Below are positions 21,188 through 29,235 of a stretch of 64,000 nucleotides of DNA, one piece after another. A program made the position numbers and the translations under genes. A model generated the notes under the pieces. It saw only the letters and a list, made by a program, of their open reading frames with translations. It was not told the DNA's origin and did no database searches. The first letter of the stretch is position 1, and each line of letters opens with the position of its first letter. The stretch covers positions 11,609 through 75,608 of the forward strand of contig DAHUXW010000083.1 of assembly GCA_027306925.1 (NCBI GenBank), given 5' to 3'. The DNA is from Acidimicrobiaceae bacterium. GTDB lineage: Bacteria; Actinomycetota; Acidimicrobiia; Acidimicrobiales; Bog-793.

Positions 21188-21457
21188 GTGTTCGCACTGC
21201 TCGACCGGATCTCGCGCCGTATCGTCCGGCGGGGCCTGCGCCAGGGACTGCTCGAGGGGAGCTCCCTATGGCTCGTCGCCGGAGCGGTCGCGTGGCTGTT
21301 CCGCCTGCTGACGACTCCCGAGTCGCCGCGCGTCGTGCGCGAGCGCATCGCGGTGGGCGAGTCGATCGTCGTGACGCATCTGCCCGCCCCACCGAGCGCG
21401 CGGGTGGCGCGCCGCGCGACGCGCCGGGCCGCGGGCGCGACCGCCGGGGAGGCGTGA
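21188..21457 (+). CDS. Small membrane-associated protein (89 aa)
   Basis: GTG 21188. Hydrophobic stretch SSLWLVAGAVAWLFRLL. Its stop overlaps the trmI GTG as GTGA. Confidence 0.45.
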   Translation: MFALLDRISRRIVRRGLRQGLLEGSSLWLVAGAVAWLFRLLTTPESPRVVRERIAVGESIVVTHLPAPPSARVARRATRRAAGATAGEA

Positions 21458-22296
21458 GCGCGGGCTTCGCCGGCGAGGCGCGGCCCCGCGGGCCGCTCAC
21501 CGCGGGCGAGCGGGTGCTCCTCGTCGACCGCAAGGACCGGCGCTATCTCGTCCGCCTCGTCGTCGCGGGCTCGTTCCAGAGCCACGCCGGCGTCGTCGAG
21601 CACGACGAGATCATCGGCGCGCGGGACGGCTGCGAGGTGGTGGCGCGCCGGCGCGACGGTGGCACCGGACCGGCGCGCCGATTCCTCGTCCTTCGCCCGA
21701 CACTCGCGGATCTCGTCGTCAAGATGCCGCGCGGGGCGCAGGTGATCTACCCGAAGGACCTCGGCGCGATCCTGATGGCCGCGGACATCCATCCCGGCGT
21801 CCGCGTCCTCGAGGCCGGGGTCGGCTCCGGCGCGCTCTCGATGACGCTGCTCAGCGCGGGCGCGGACGTGCTCGGGTACGAGGTCCGTCCCGACTTCGCC
21901 GCGCGGGCCCGTGCGAACGTCACCGATCTGCTCGGTGGTGCCGCTGCGTACCGCGTCGAGGAGCGGGACGTCTACGAGGGGATCGAGGTGCGCGAGCTCG
22001 ACCGGGTGCTGCTCGACCTTCCCGAGCCGTGGCGGGTCGTCGGGCACGCGCAGGACGCGCTCACCCCGGGCGGGATCCTGCTCGCGTACCTGCCGACGAT
22101 CAACCAGACGGCCGAGTTGCGCGAGCGGCTCGCGCGCTGCCGCTTCGCGTTCGCGGAGACCTTCGAGATCCTGCGGCGCACCTGGCACGTCGAGGGTCGC
22201 TCGGTGCGCCCGGACCACCGGATGGTCGCGCACACGGGCTTCCTCACGACCGCTCGGCGGGTGTCGTCGCGCTGGGACGAGGAATCCGCAGGCTGA
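21454..22296 (+). CDS. trmI: tRNA (adenine58-N1)-methyltransferase
   Basis: GTG 21454. Contains the GCD14/TrmI blocks QVIYPKD, VLEAGVGSGALS, DRVLLDLPEPW and HTGFLT. Confidence 0.85.
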   Translation: MSAGFAGEARPRGPLTAGERVLLVDRKDRRYLVRLVVAGSFQSHAGVVEHDEIIGARDGCEVVARRRDGGTGPARRFLVLRPTLADLVVKMPRGAQVIYPKDLGAILMAADIHPGVRVLEAGVGSGALSMTLLSAGADVLGYEVRPDFAARARANVTDLLGGAAAYRVEERDVYEGIEVRELDRVLLDLPEPWRVVGHAQDALTPGGILLAYLPTINQTAELRERLARCRFAFAETFEILRRTWHVEGRSVRPDHRMVAHTGFLTTARRVSSRWDEESAG

Positions 22297-22342
22297 GCGA
22301 CGCCGGGTACGCCCGGCGATCAGGTTGTGACCGGCAGATGAC

Positions 22343-22368
22343 GGCTGCATTGCGTACTCGTTGCAGCC
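22343..22368. other. Inverted repeat GGCTGCA-N12-TGCAGCC downstream of trmI
   Basis: A 7-bp perfect stem read directly from the sequence, 47 nt after the trmI stop. No U-tract. It could be a terminator-like hairpin or a protein site. Confidence 0.3.
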
Positions 22369-22374
22369 GCGGCC

Positions 22375-22403
22375 TTGACAACCTTGTCAGCGGGGTGTTC
22401 AAT
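22375..22403 (+). promoter_or_regulatory. Candidate promoter of the sugar operon: TTGACA (22375-22380), 17-nt spacer, TTCAAT (22398-22403)
   Basis: A consensus -35 hexamer and a 4/6 -10 hexamer at canonical spacing, in the AT-richer trmI / ABC-ATPase gap. Confidence 0.3.
22376..22389. promoter_or_regulatory. Operator-like palindrome TGACAA-CC-TTGTCA overlapping the -35
   Basis: The 6-bp arms are perfectly complementary. The shape resembles LacI/GalR-type operators (TG..A...T..CA). Confidence 0.35.
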
Positions 22404-22460
22404 CGCCGAGGGAGTTCGGGGGGATCTGTGCACGCGATCGACTCGGTCGCGTCGCCCGAT

Positions 22461-22476
22461 CTGACATCGATGTCAG
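22461..22476. promoter_or_regulatory. Perfect 16-bp palindrome CTGACATCGATGTCAG, candidate LacI-family operator
   Basis: It is self-complementary over all 16 bp with a central CG, and lies 41 nt upstream of the first operon gene. A LacI-family repressor is encoded in the operon (27249..28262). Confidence 0.45.
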
Positions 22477-22516
22477 CCGCGCCGGATGCGGTGTCACGCA
22501 GTGCGGGGGGGATGCC

Positions 22517-23329
22517 GTGACCACAGTGCAACGGCCGACGGGCGGGCACGGCGGGGCGCCCGCCCGGCCCGTCGTCGAGGTGCGTGGGGTCTCGAAGCGC
22601 TACGGGAGCATTCACGCGCTGCGCGACGTCGACATGGCGATCTGTCCCGGCGAGGTCGTCGGGCTGGTCGGCGACAACGGAGCGGGCAAGTCGACGCTCG
22701 TCAACATCATCGCGGGCGCGCTCGCGCCGACGTCCGGGGAGATCCTCGTGGACGGGGAGCGGGTGGGCTTCAAGTCCCCGACGGACGCGCGCGACGCGGG
22801 GATCGAGACCGTGTACCAGGACCTCGCGCTCGCGCCCGACCTGAGCGTCTGGCAGAACCTGTTCCTCGGCCGGGAGCTCACGGTGCGCGGGCCGCTCGGC
22901 TGGATCGGCTGGCTCGACCGCCGTGCCATGGCCCAGCAGAGCGTCACGGACCTCGAGCGCACCCGGATCAGGATCTCCTCGGTGTCGAGCCGGGTCGGCC
23001 GGCTTTCCGGCGGACAGCGCCAGGCCGTCGCGGTGGGGCGCGCCGCGGCGTGGGGCTCGAAGGTCATCCTGATGGACGAGCCGACCGCAGCACTCGGCGT
23101 CGAGCAGCAGCAGAAGGTCGGCGAGCTGATCAAGACCGTCGCGTCCCACGGGCTGCCGGTGCTGCTCATCAGCCACAACCTCCCCCAGGTCTACGACGTC
23201 TGCGATCGCATCCTCGTGCTGTTCCACGGTCGCCTGATCGCGGACCTCCGCCCGGAGGAGACCGACATGGACGGCATCGTCGGCTGGATCACCGGGGCTG
23301 CGATGCTGTCGGGCGGGTCCACCCGGTGA
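22517..23329 (+). CDS. Sugar ABC transporter ATP-binding protein (single-NBD FrcA type)
   Basis: Walker A GDNGAGKST, signature LSGGQRQAVAV, Walker B VILMDEPTAAL. One NBD only (270 aa). Confidence 0.9.
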   Translation: MTTVQRPTGGHGGAPARPVVEVRGVSKRYGSIHALRDVDMAICPGEVVGLVGDNGAGKSTLVNIIAGALAPTSGEILVDGERVGFKSPTDARDAGIETVYQDLALAPDLSVWQNLFLGRELTVRGPLGWIGWLDRRAMAQQSVTDLERTRIRISSVSSRVGRLSGGQRQAVAVGRAAAWGSKVILMDEPTAALGVEQQQKVGELIKTVASHGLPVLLISHNLPQVYDVCDRILVLFHGRLIADLRPEETDMDGIVGWITGAAMLSGGSTR

Positions 23330-24384
23330 GCGCTCCGCAGCCACCCGCCGCCGCGCTGGACGCGCACGTCGCGGAAGGTGAGCTCGAAGCCGGTCGGGAC
23401 TCCGTCCCGGTGTTCCAGCGATTCATGGAGCGTATCGGGGCGTTCTGGACGCTCGGGGTGCTCGCGGTCCTCATCGTCGCGTTCGGCATCGCGGCTCCGA
23501 CGCTATACACGAAGGCGGCGTGGCTCGCGACGTCGAGCTTCGCAGTCGAGTACCTGATCCTCGCGATCGGCCAGACGTACGTGATCGTGACGTCGGGGAT
23601 CGACCTCGCCGACGGCGCGACCCTCGGCTTCTCGGCAATGGCCGGATCGCTGCTCATGGAGAACCTGCTCGCTTCCCACGTGTCGGGCGGCGTCGCATCC
23701 TTCGTCGGCATCCTGCTCATGCTCGCGACGGGCGCCGGGATCGGGCTCGTCAACGGGCTGATCATCACGCGGGTCAAGCTCCCGCCGTTCATCGTGACGC
23801 TCGGTACCCTCACCGCCGTCACGGGCGCGACCGACCTGTTGAACAACGGAACCGAGATCACGAACCTTCCCGGGTTCGTCACGACCCTCGGCACGGCGAA
23901 CGTTCTCTCGGGCTGGCTGCCGGTCCCCGTGCTCATCGCGCTGGCGCTCGCCGTCCTGTTCGGTCTGGGGCTCTCGCGGACCCGCTTCGGGATGCGGACG
24001 TACGCGATCGGATCGAACGAGATCGCGGCGCGGCGGGCCGGCGTTGACGTCGACCGCCATCTCGTGCGCGTCTACATGATCTCGGGCGTGCTCGCAGGAG
24101 TCGCGGGACTCCTCGTGACCGCCAACTTCTCCGCGGCCTCGCCGATCGCCGGTGCGAACGACGAGCTCTACGCGATCGCCGCCGTCGTCATCGGCGGGGC
24201 GAGCATCTTCGGCGGCAGGGGGACGATGTTCGGGACCGTGATCGGGACCGGCATCATCGCGGTGCTCACGACCGGCCTCGTCCTCGCGAACGTCCAGCCG
24301 TTCTGGCAGCAGGTCGCGATCGGTGCGGTCGTCATCGGCGCGGTCGCCGTCGACCGGGTGCGGACGCGGGCCGGCACCGACTGA
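23326..24384 (+). CDS. Sugar ABC transporter permease (RbsC/FrcC, CUT2 type)
   Basis: GTG 23326 overlaps the ATPase stop (GTGA). Multiple TM helices. Contains the conserved blocks GIDLADGATLGF and RFGMRTYAIGSNEIAARRAGV. Confidence 0.88.
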   Translation: MSAPQPPAAALDAHVAEGELEAGRDSVPVFQRFMERIGAFWTLGVLAVLIVAFGIAAPTLYTKAAWLATSSFAVEYLILAIGQTYVIVTSGIDLADGATLGFSAMAGSLLMENLLASHVSGGVASFVGILLMLATGAGIGLVNGLIITRVKLPPFIVTLGTLTAVTGATDLLNNGTEITNLPGFVTTLGTANVLSGWLPVPVLIALALAVLFGLGLSRTRFGMRTYAIGSNEIAARRAGVDVDRHLVRVYMISGVLAGVAGLLVTANFSAASPIAGANDELYAIAAVVIGGASIFGGRGTMFGTVIGTGIIAVLTTGLVLANVQPFWQQVAIGAVVIGAVAVDRVRTRAGTD

Positions 24385-24401
24385 CGCGCACGATCGAGCC
24401 T

Positions 24402-24418
24402 CCCGGCACCGTGCCGGG
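24402..24418 (+). other. Intercistronic GC hairpin CCCGGCAC-C-GTGCCGGG
   Basis: 8-nt complementary arms lie 18 nt after the permease stop. No U-tract. Confidence 0.35.
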
Positions 24419-24434
24419 CGGCGCACACGGACCT

Positions 24435-24471
24435 CTAGATAAGAGGCAACTAGATGAGCAGGCAGCTAGAT
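24435..24471 (+). repeat. Three direct copies of CTAGAT (24435, 24450, 24466) in an AT-rich spacer upstream of the SBP gene
   Basis: Read directly from the sequence. The spacing is 15 and 16 nt, and the last two copies extend to CTAGATGA. Confidence 0.6.
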
Positions 24472-24490
24472 GACTAACGAGGGGGTAGCG

Positions 24491-25546
24491 ATGTCCAACA
24501 TGCACAGGTCGAAGGGGGCTGCGAGGGTGGGCCGCAAGGCACGCATCGTCGGATCGGCGGCGGTGGTCGCGGCCGGCGCCACGGCCGCGTCGCTCGTGCT
24601 CGCCGGTGCGTCGTCCGCGGCGGACCACGCAGCGAAGGCGCCGAAGGTCGCGGCGAAGAACATCACGATCGCGCTCGTGCCGGGGCTCACGACGGACCCG
24701 TTCTACATCACGATGCACGCGGGGGCGGCGGCCGAGGCGAAGAAGCTCGGAGTGAAGCTCACGTGGCAGGGCGGCACGACCTTCAGCCCGACGACGCAGC
24801 TGCCGGTCGTGAACGCGCTCCTCGCAGAGCACCCGAGCGCGCTTCTGATCGCGCCGACCGACGTCGTCGCGCTGAAAGCGCCGATCCAGAAGTTCATCAA
24901 GGCCGGCATCCCGGTCATCACGGTGGACACGACGTTGACGGACACCTCGATCCTCGCGTCCCGGATCACGTCGAACAACTTCCAGGGCGGCGAGCAGGCG
25001 GCGGAGACCATCGCGAAGCTCGCGCACTTCAAGGGCCAGGTCGCGGTCGACAACGTCAACCCGGGGATCTCTACGACCGACGCCCGCCAGGCGGGCTTCA
25101 TCGCCCAGATCAAGAAGTACCCGAAGATGTCGGTCGCGGCGATCGAGTACAACAACGACAGCCCGACGCTCGCGGCGAGCCAGACGAAGGACATGGTCCT
25201 CAAGTTCCCGAAGCTCGTCGGGATCTTCGGCACGAACATCTACGGGGCGCAGGGCGCGGGTGAGGCGATCGCCGCGGCCGGCAAGAAGGGCAAGGTGTTC
25301 GTCGCGGCCTACGACGCCGAGCCGGCGACCGTGAAGCTGCTCAAGCAGGGCGTGATCAACGTCCTCGTGATCCAGCAGCCCGCGCTCGAGGGTGCCGACG
25401 GCGTGAAGTACGCGTACGACATCCTCACCGGGCACAAGTCGGCGGTGCCGAAGTCGACGCTGGTGCAGAACGTGGTCGGGACGACCGCGAACGCCTCGAG
25501 CCCGAGCATCTCGAAGTACTACTACCTCTCGTCGTTCTCGGGCTGA
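24491..25546 (+). CDS. Periplasmic monosaccharide-binding protein (RbsB-like, CUT2)
   Basis: ATG 24491 lies 6 nt after GAGGGGG. Signal peptide RKARIVGSAAVVAAGATAASLVLAGASSAA. Contains type I PBP blocks (ITIALVPGLTTDPFY, PVITVDT, AYDAEPATV). Confidence 0.88.
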   Translation: MSNMHRSKGAARVGRKARIVGSAAVVAAGATAASLVLAGASSAADHAAKAPKVAAKNITIALVPGLTTDPFYITMHAGAAAEAKKLGVKLTWQGGTTFSPTTQLPVVNALLAEHPSALLIAPTDVVALKAPIQKFIKAGIPVITVDTTLTDTSILASRITSNNFQGGEQAAETIAKLAHFKGQVAVDNVNPGISTTDARQAGFIAQIKKYPKMSVAAIEYNNDSPTLAASQTKDMVLKFPKLVGIFGTNIYGAQGAGEAIAAAGKKGKVFVAAYDAEPATVKLLKQGVINVLVIQQPALEGADGVKYAYDILTGHKSAVPKSTLVQNVVGTTANASSPSISKYYYLSSFSG

Positions 25547-25595
25547 GCGAGCGCGAGGAGATGGGCGGAGCCGTGGGCCGTGCGCGCGTGGCATC

Positions 25596-26282
25596 GTGCT
25601 GACGCGCCGGTCCGCGGCTTCGCGGCGGGCGAAGCCGCGCGGGCGGTCCGGCGTGAGCCCGAGTCGCGTCGAGGGGCCCGGAGGCGTCGGCGCCGTCGTC
25701 GTCGCGGGCTCGCCGGGTTCGGGCAAGACGACCTTCGGGACCGCCTTGGCCCGCGCTACCGGGTTCGCGCTGCTGGACCTCGACGACGTCGCGGGTGCGC
25801 TCACGACCGCGGCGCTCGCGCTCGCGGGCGTGGGCGTGGACGCACTCGACGACGCGCGACACGGGCCGGCGCTGCGTCACGGGCGCTACGCGTCGCTCGT
25901 TGCGACCGCAGTTGCGAACCTGGGTGTCGGGCTCGGCGTCGTGCTGGTCGCGCCGTTCAGCGACGAGGTGCGCGACCGGGTCGCCTGGTCGGCGCTCACG
26001 AGCCGGCTCGCAGCGCGGACCGCGCTCTGCTACGTGGACGTGCCGGACGAGCTGCTGCTCGCGCGCCTCGCGCGCCGCGGCGCGCCTCGGGACGCGGCGA
26101 AGCTCGCCGCGCCGGACGTCTTCGCGGCCAGCCGTGCTGCAGTGCGACCCGCGGTCGACCACGTCCGCGTCGACGGCACGCGCCCCGTCGAGGACGAGGT
26201 CGTCCGGGTCCGCCGTGTGCTCGGTCTCGCACGCGACGAACGTGGCGCGTGGCCGGGCGGAACGGCCGTGGCGCCGTGCTGA
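25596..26282 (+). CDS. P-loop kinase-like ATPase (AAA_33 / gluconate-kinase-fold)
   Basis: Walker A VVVAGSPGSGKTT followed by LLDLDD. Small size. Substrate unknown and start uncertain. Confidence 0.55.
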   Translation: MLTRRSAASRRAKPRGRSGVSPSRVEGPGGVGAVVVAGSPGSGKTTFGTALARATGFALLDLDDVAGALTTAALALAGVGVDALDDARHGPALRHGRYASLVATAVANLGVGLGVVLVAPFSDEVRDRVAWSALTSRLAARTALCYVDVPDELLLARLARRGAPRDAAKLAAPDVFAASRAAVRPAVDHVRVDGTRPVEDEVVRVRRVLGLARDERGAWPGGTAVAPC

Positions 26283-27244
26283 TCCTCAACCCGAACGTAT
26301 GCGTCGACCGCACGGTCGCGCTCGGCGAGCTCGTTCCCGGCAACGTGCACCGGACCGGGCGCGCTGCGACGACCCTCGGAGGAAAGGGCGTGAACGTCGC
26401 TCGTGTCGCGCGGGCGCTCGCCGACCGTGCGTGCATCGTCGGCTTCCTGCCCCGCGTCGACGCGGCGCGGCTCGAGGCGCTCGCGCGCGGCGAGGGTGCG
26501 GAGCTCGTCGGCGTCGAGGTCGGCGGGGACGCTCGCGTCGCGACGATCCTCCTCGAGTCCTCCGGCCGCGTGACCGTGCTCAACGAGCCGGGCGTCAGTG
26601 TCGACTCCAGCGGTTGGGACGCGCTGCTCGAGCAGGTTCGCGCCCGGCGGGAAGGGCACGCGACCCTCGTGTGCTCGGGGAGCCTGCCACCCGGCTCGCC
26701 GGTCGACGCCTACGCGCGCGCGGTCAGCCTCGGCCGGTCGCTCGGCGTCGCGACGGTGGTGGACGCGACGGGTCCGGTGCTCGAGGCGGCTCTCGGCGAA
26801 GGGCCCGACGTGGTCAGCCCGAACCTCTCCGAAGCCGAGGCCGTGCTCTTCGGCCGGACGGACGAGATCGTGGAGCCGACCGGGCCGGACGTGGTCGAAC
26901 GCGCCGCACGGGCGGCGTCCGAGCTCGTGCTGCGAGGGGCGCGGCGGGCGATCGTGAGCGCCGGGAGCCATGGAGCGGCGTTCTCGGCGGGTGCGTCCGT
27001 CGCCTGGTGCGCCGCGCCCGAGGTCCGGGTCGTGAACCCGATCGGCGCGGGCGACTCCCTCGTCGGCGGCCTGGTCCACTCGCTCGAGGCGGGGGAGGCG
27101 TTCGACACGGCCGTCCGATTCGCGCTCGCGGTCGCGTCGGCCTCCTGCGAGGAGCCCCTCGCCGGCGGCGTCGACGCCGCGCGAGTCCACGAGCTGCTCG
27201 GCTCGCTCGGGGCGTCCGAGCCCGTCGGCGCGGGACCGGGCTGA
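26276..27244 (+). CDS. PfkB-family sugar-phosphate kinase of the 1-phosphofructokinase / tagatose-6-phosphate kinase (FruK/LacC) type
   Basis: GTG 26276 overlaps the upstream stop by 7 nt. Contains LNPNVCVDRT, TLGGKGVNVARV and NPIGAGDSLVGG (PfkB signature 2). Confidence 0.8.
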   Translation: MLILNPNVCVDRTVALGELVPGNVHRTGRAATTLGGKGVNVARVARALADRACIVGFLPRVDAARLEALARGEGAELVGVEVGGDARVATILLESSGRVTVLNEPGVSVDSSGWDALLEQVRARREGHATLVCSGSLPPGSPVDAYARAVSLGRSLGVATVVDATGPVLEAALGEGPDVVSPNLSEAEAVLFGRTDEIVEPTGPDVVERAARAASELVLRGARRAIVSAGSHGAAFSAGASVAWCAAPEVRVVNPIGAGDSLVGGLVHSLEAGEAFDTAVRFALAVASASCEEPLAGGVDAARVHELLGSLGASEPVGAGPG

Positions 27245-27248
27245 AGCC

Positions 27249-28262
27249 GTGACGACCCCGACGCTGCGCGACGTCGCACGGCTCGCCGGCGTGAGCATCA
27301 AGACGGTCTCGCGCGTCGTGAACGGCGACGCGGAAGTCGCCGAGTCGACCGCGGGACGCGTCCGCGAGGCGATCGGCTCGCTCGGCTACCGCCCGAACCC
27401 TCTCGCCCGCTCGCTGCGCACCGGACGGGACGAGGCGATCGGCCTCGTCGTCGAGACGATCGGCGACCCGTTCTTTGCCGCGGTGACCGAGGCCGTCGAG
27501 GAGGCCGCACGCGAGGCCGGGCTGTTCCTCATCATCGCGAGCGCTGGCGCGACGGTCGCCGAGGAGCGCGCGGTCGTGCTCGGGCTGCTCCACCGGTCGG
27601 TCTCGGGGCTGATCGTCGTTCCGTGCCTGCTCGACTACGCGCACGAGCAGCTCCCGATCGGCCCCGGTGCGGTCCCGGTCGTGTTCATCGACCGCACCCC
27701 GGAGGGCGTCGACGCGGACACGGTGGTCGTCGACAACGAGGACAGCGCGCGTCGGGCCACCGCGCACCTCGTGGCCCGGGGTCACCGGCGGATCGCGTTC
27801 GTCGGCACGGCGCTCGAGCGCGTCCCGCTCCGGCACCGCGTCGACGGGTACCGGCTCGCGCTCGTCGACGCCGGCATCGACTTCGACCCGCGACTCGTCA
27901 TCTCGCACACCCGTGCCCCGGACGGCGGCGGTGCGATCCTCGACGGCGTCCTCGCACCCCCCGACCCCGCGACGGCCGTGCTGTCCGCGAACGCGGTCGC
28001 CGCGCTCGACGTCGTCCGCGAGCTTCACGGCACGGGGCGCACGGATGTCGCGTTCGTGAGCTTCGACGACTTCCCGATCGCCGACTCGCTGACGCCGCCG
28101 GTCACCGTGCACCGTCAGGACCCGACGCTCATGGGTCGGACCGCGACCGAGCTCCTGCTGCGCAGGTTGCGCGGCGAGGAGGGACCGCCCCGCCACGTCG
28201 TGCTGCCGACCACGTTCCTCGAACGGGGCTCGGGCGAGATCCCGCCTCCGGGCCCGCGCTGA
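27249..28262 (+). CDS. LacI-family transcriptional regulator
   Basis: The N-terminal HTH TLRDVARLAGVSIKTVSRVVNG is followed by a periplasmic-binding-protein-like sugar sensor domain. Confidence 0.9.
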   Translation: MTTPTLRDVARLAGVSIKTVSRVVNGDAEVAESTAGRVREAIGSLGYRPNPLARSLRTGRDEAIGLVVETIGDPFFAAVTEAVEEAAREAGLFLIIASAGATVAEERAVVLGLLHRSVSGLIVVPCLLDYAHEQLPIGPGAVPVVFIDRTPEGVDADTVVVDNEDSARRATAHLVARGHRRIAFVGTALERVPLRHRVDGYRLALVDAGIDFDPRLVISHTRAPDGGGAILDGVLAPPDPATAVLSANAVAALDVVRELHGTGRTDVAFVSFDDFPIADSLTPPVTVHRQDPTLMGRTATELLLRRLRGEEGPPRHVVLPTTFLERGSGEIPPPGPR

Positions 28263-28296
28263 CCGCACGACCTCGACGAGACCAGGGAGACACGAC

Positions 28297-29235
28297 ATGG
28301 CGGACACGAGACCCACGACGAGCACCCGCGCCGGGCTCGGACCGATCGCACGGCCGGACGGCACGCTCGCGATCGTCGCGATGGACCAGCGGAACACGTT
28401 GCGCAGGATGCTCGCGGCCGTGGGCCGCCCGACCGGTCCGGAGGAGCTGCGCGCGTTCAAGGTCGACGTGACCGTGGCGCTCAGCCCGGCCGCGAGCGCG
28501 GTCCTCCTCGATCCGGAGTTCGGAGTCCCCGCCGTTCGCGAGGCGAAGGCGATGGCCCCGGGCTGCGCGACACTCGTGGCGGTGGAGCCGCCGGAACGCG
28601 ACACGTGGCAGGGGGAACCGCGCGCGCGGAGCGACCCGGAGCGCACGGCCGCCTGGGTGACGGAGATGGGCGGCGACGCCGTGAAGCTGCTCGTGCAGCT
28701 TCGTCCGGACCGTGTGCACGGGCCAGGCGAGCCGGATCTCGTCGAGGAGGTCGTCACCGTCGTGCGGGCGGTCGTCGAGGACTGTGCCGCGGCGGGTGTG
28801 CCATCGGTCGTCGAGACGCTCCTCTACGCGCTCCCCGGCGAGGAAGGGCTCGACCCCGGACGGCGCGCGGAGCTCATCGTCGAGTCCGCTCGGATCCTCA
28901 CCGAGACCCAGCCGGACCTGTTGAAGCTCGAGTATCCGGGGGACGCGGCGGCGTGCAGGGCGGTCGCGGCGGCCGTGACCGTTCCGTGGGCGATGCTCTC
29001 GGCGGGAATGCCGCTCTCGGAGTTCCTCGACGCGGTGCGCACCTCGTGCGACGAGGGCGGCGCATCCGGCTTCATCGCCGGCCGGGTCTACTGGAAGGAG
29101 GCGGTCGCGCTCGCGGGCGCGGAGCGGCGCGCGTTCCTCGCCGGCCCGGCACGCGAGCGGCTCGACCAGTCCCTCGCCGCGATGGAGGGCCGTGCCCGAC
29201 CGTGGGCGAGCGTGCAGGCCGGCTCGGGCCGGTGA
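28297..29235 (+). CDS. Class I aldolase of the LacD / YihT family (tagatose-1,6-bisphosphate or sulfofructose-phosphate aldolase-like)
   Basis: The blocks align by eye with LacD: IVAMDQRNTLRRML (AFDQRGALKRMM), VLLDPEFGVPA (ILLDPEYGLPA), AVKLLVQL, VETLLY, LLKLEYP (Schiff-base Lys context) and FIAGRVYW. Confidence 0.75.
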   Translation: MADTRPTTSTRAGLGPIARPDGTLAIVAMDQRNTLRRMLAAVGRPTGPEELRAFKVDVTVALSPAASAVLLDPEFGVPAVREAKAMAPGCATLVAVEPPERDTWQGEPRARSDPERTAAWVTEMGGDAVKLLVQLRPDRVHGPGEPDLVEEVVTVVRAVVEDCAAAGVPSVVETLLYALPGEEGLDPGRRAELIVESARILTETQPDLLKLEYPGDAAACRAVAAAVTVPWAMLSAGMPLSEFLDAVRTSCDEGGASGFIAGRVYWKEAVALAGAERRAFLAGPARERLDQSLAAMEGRARPWASVQAGSGR

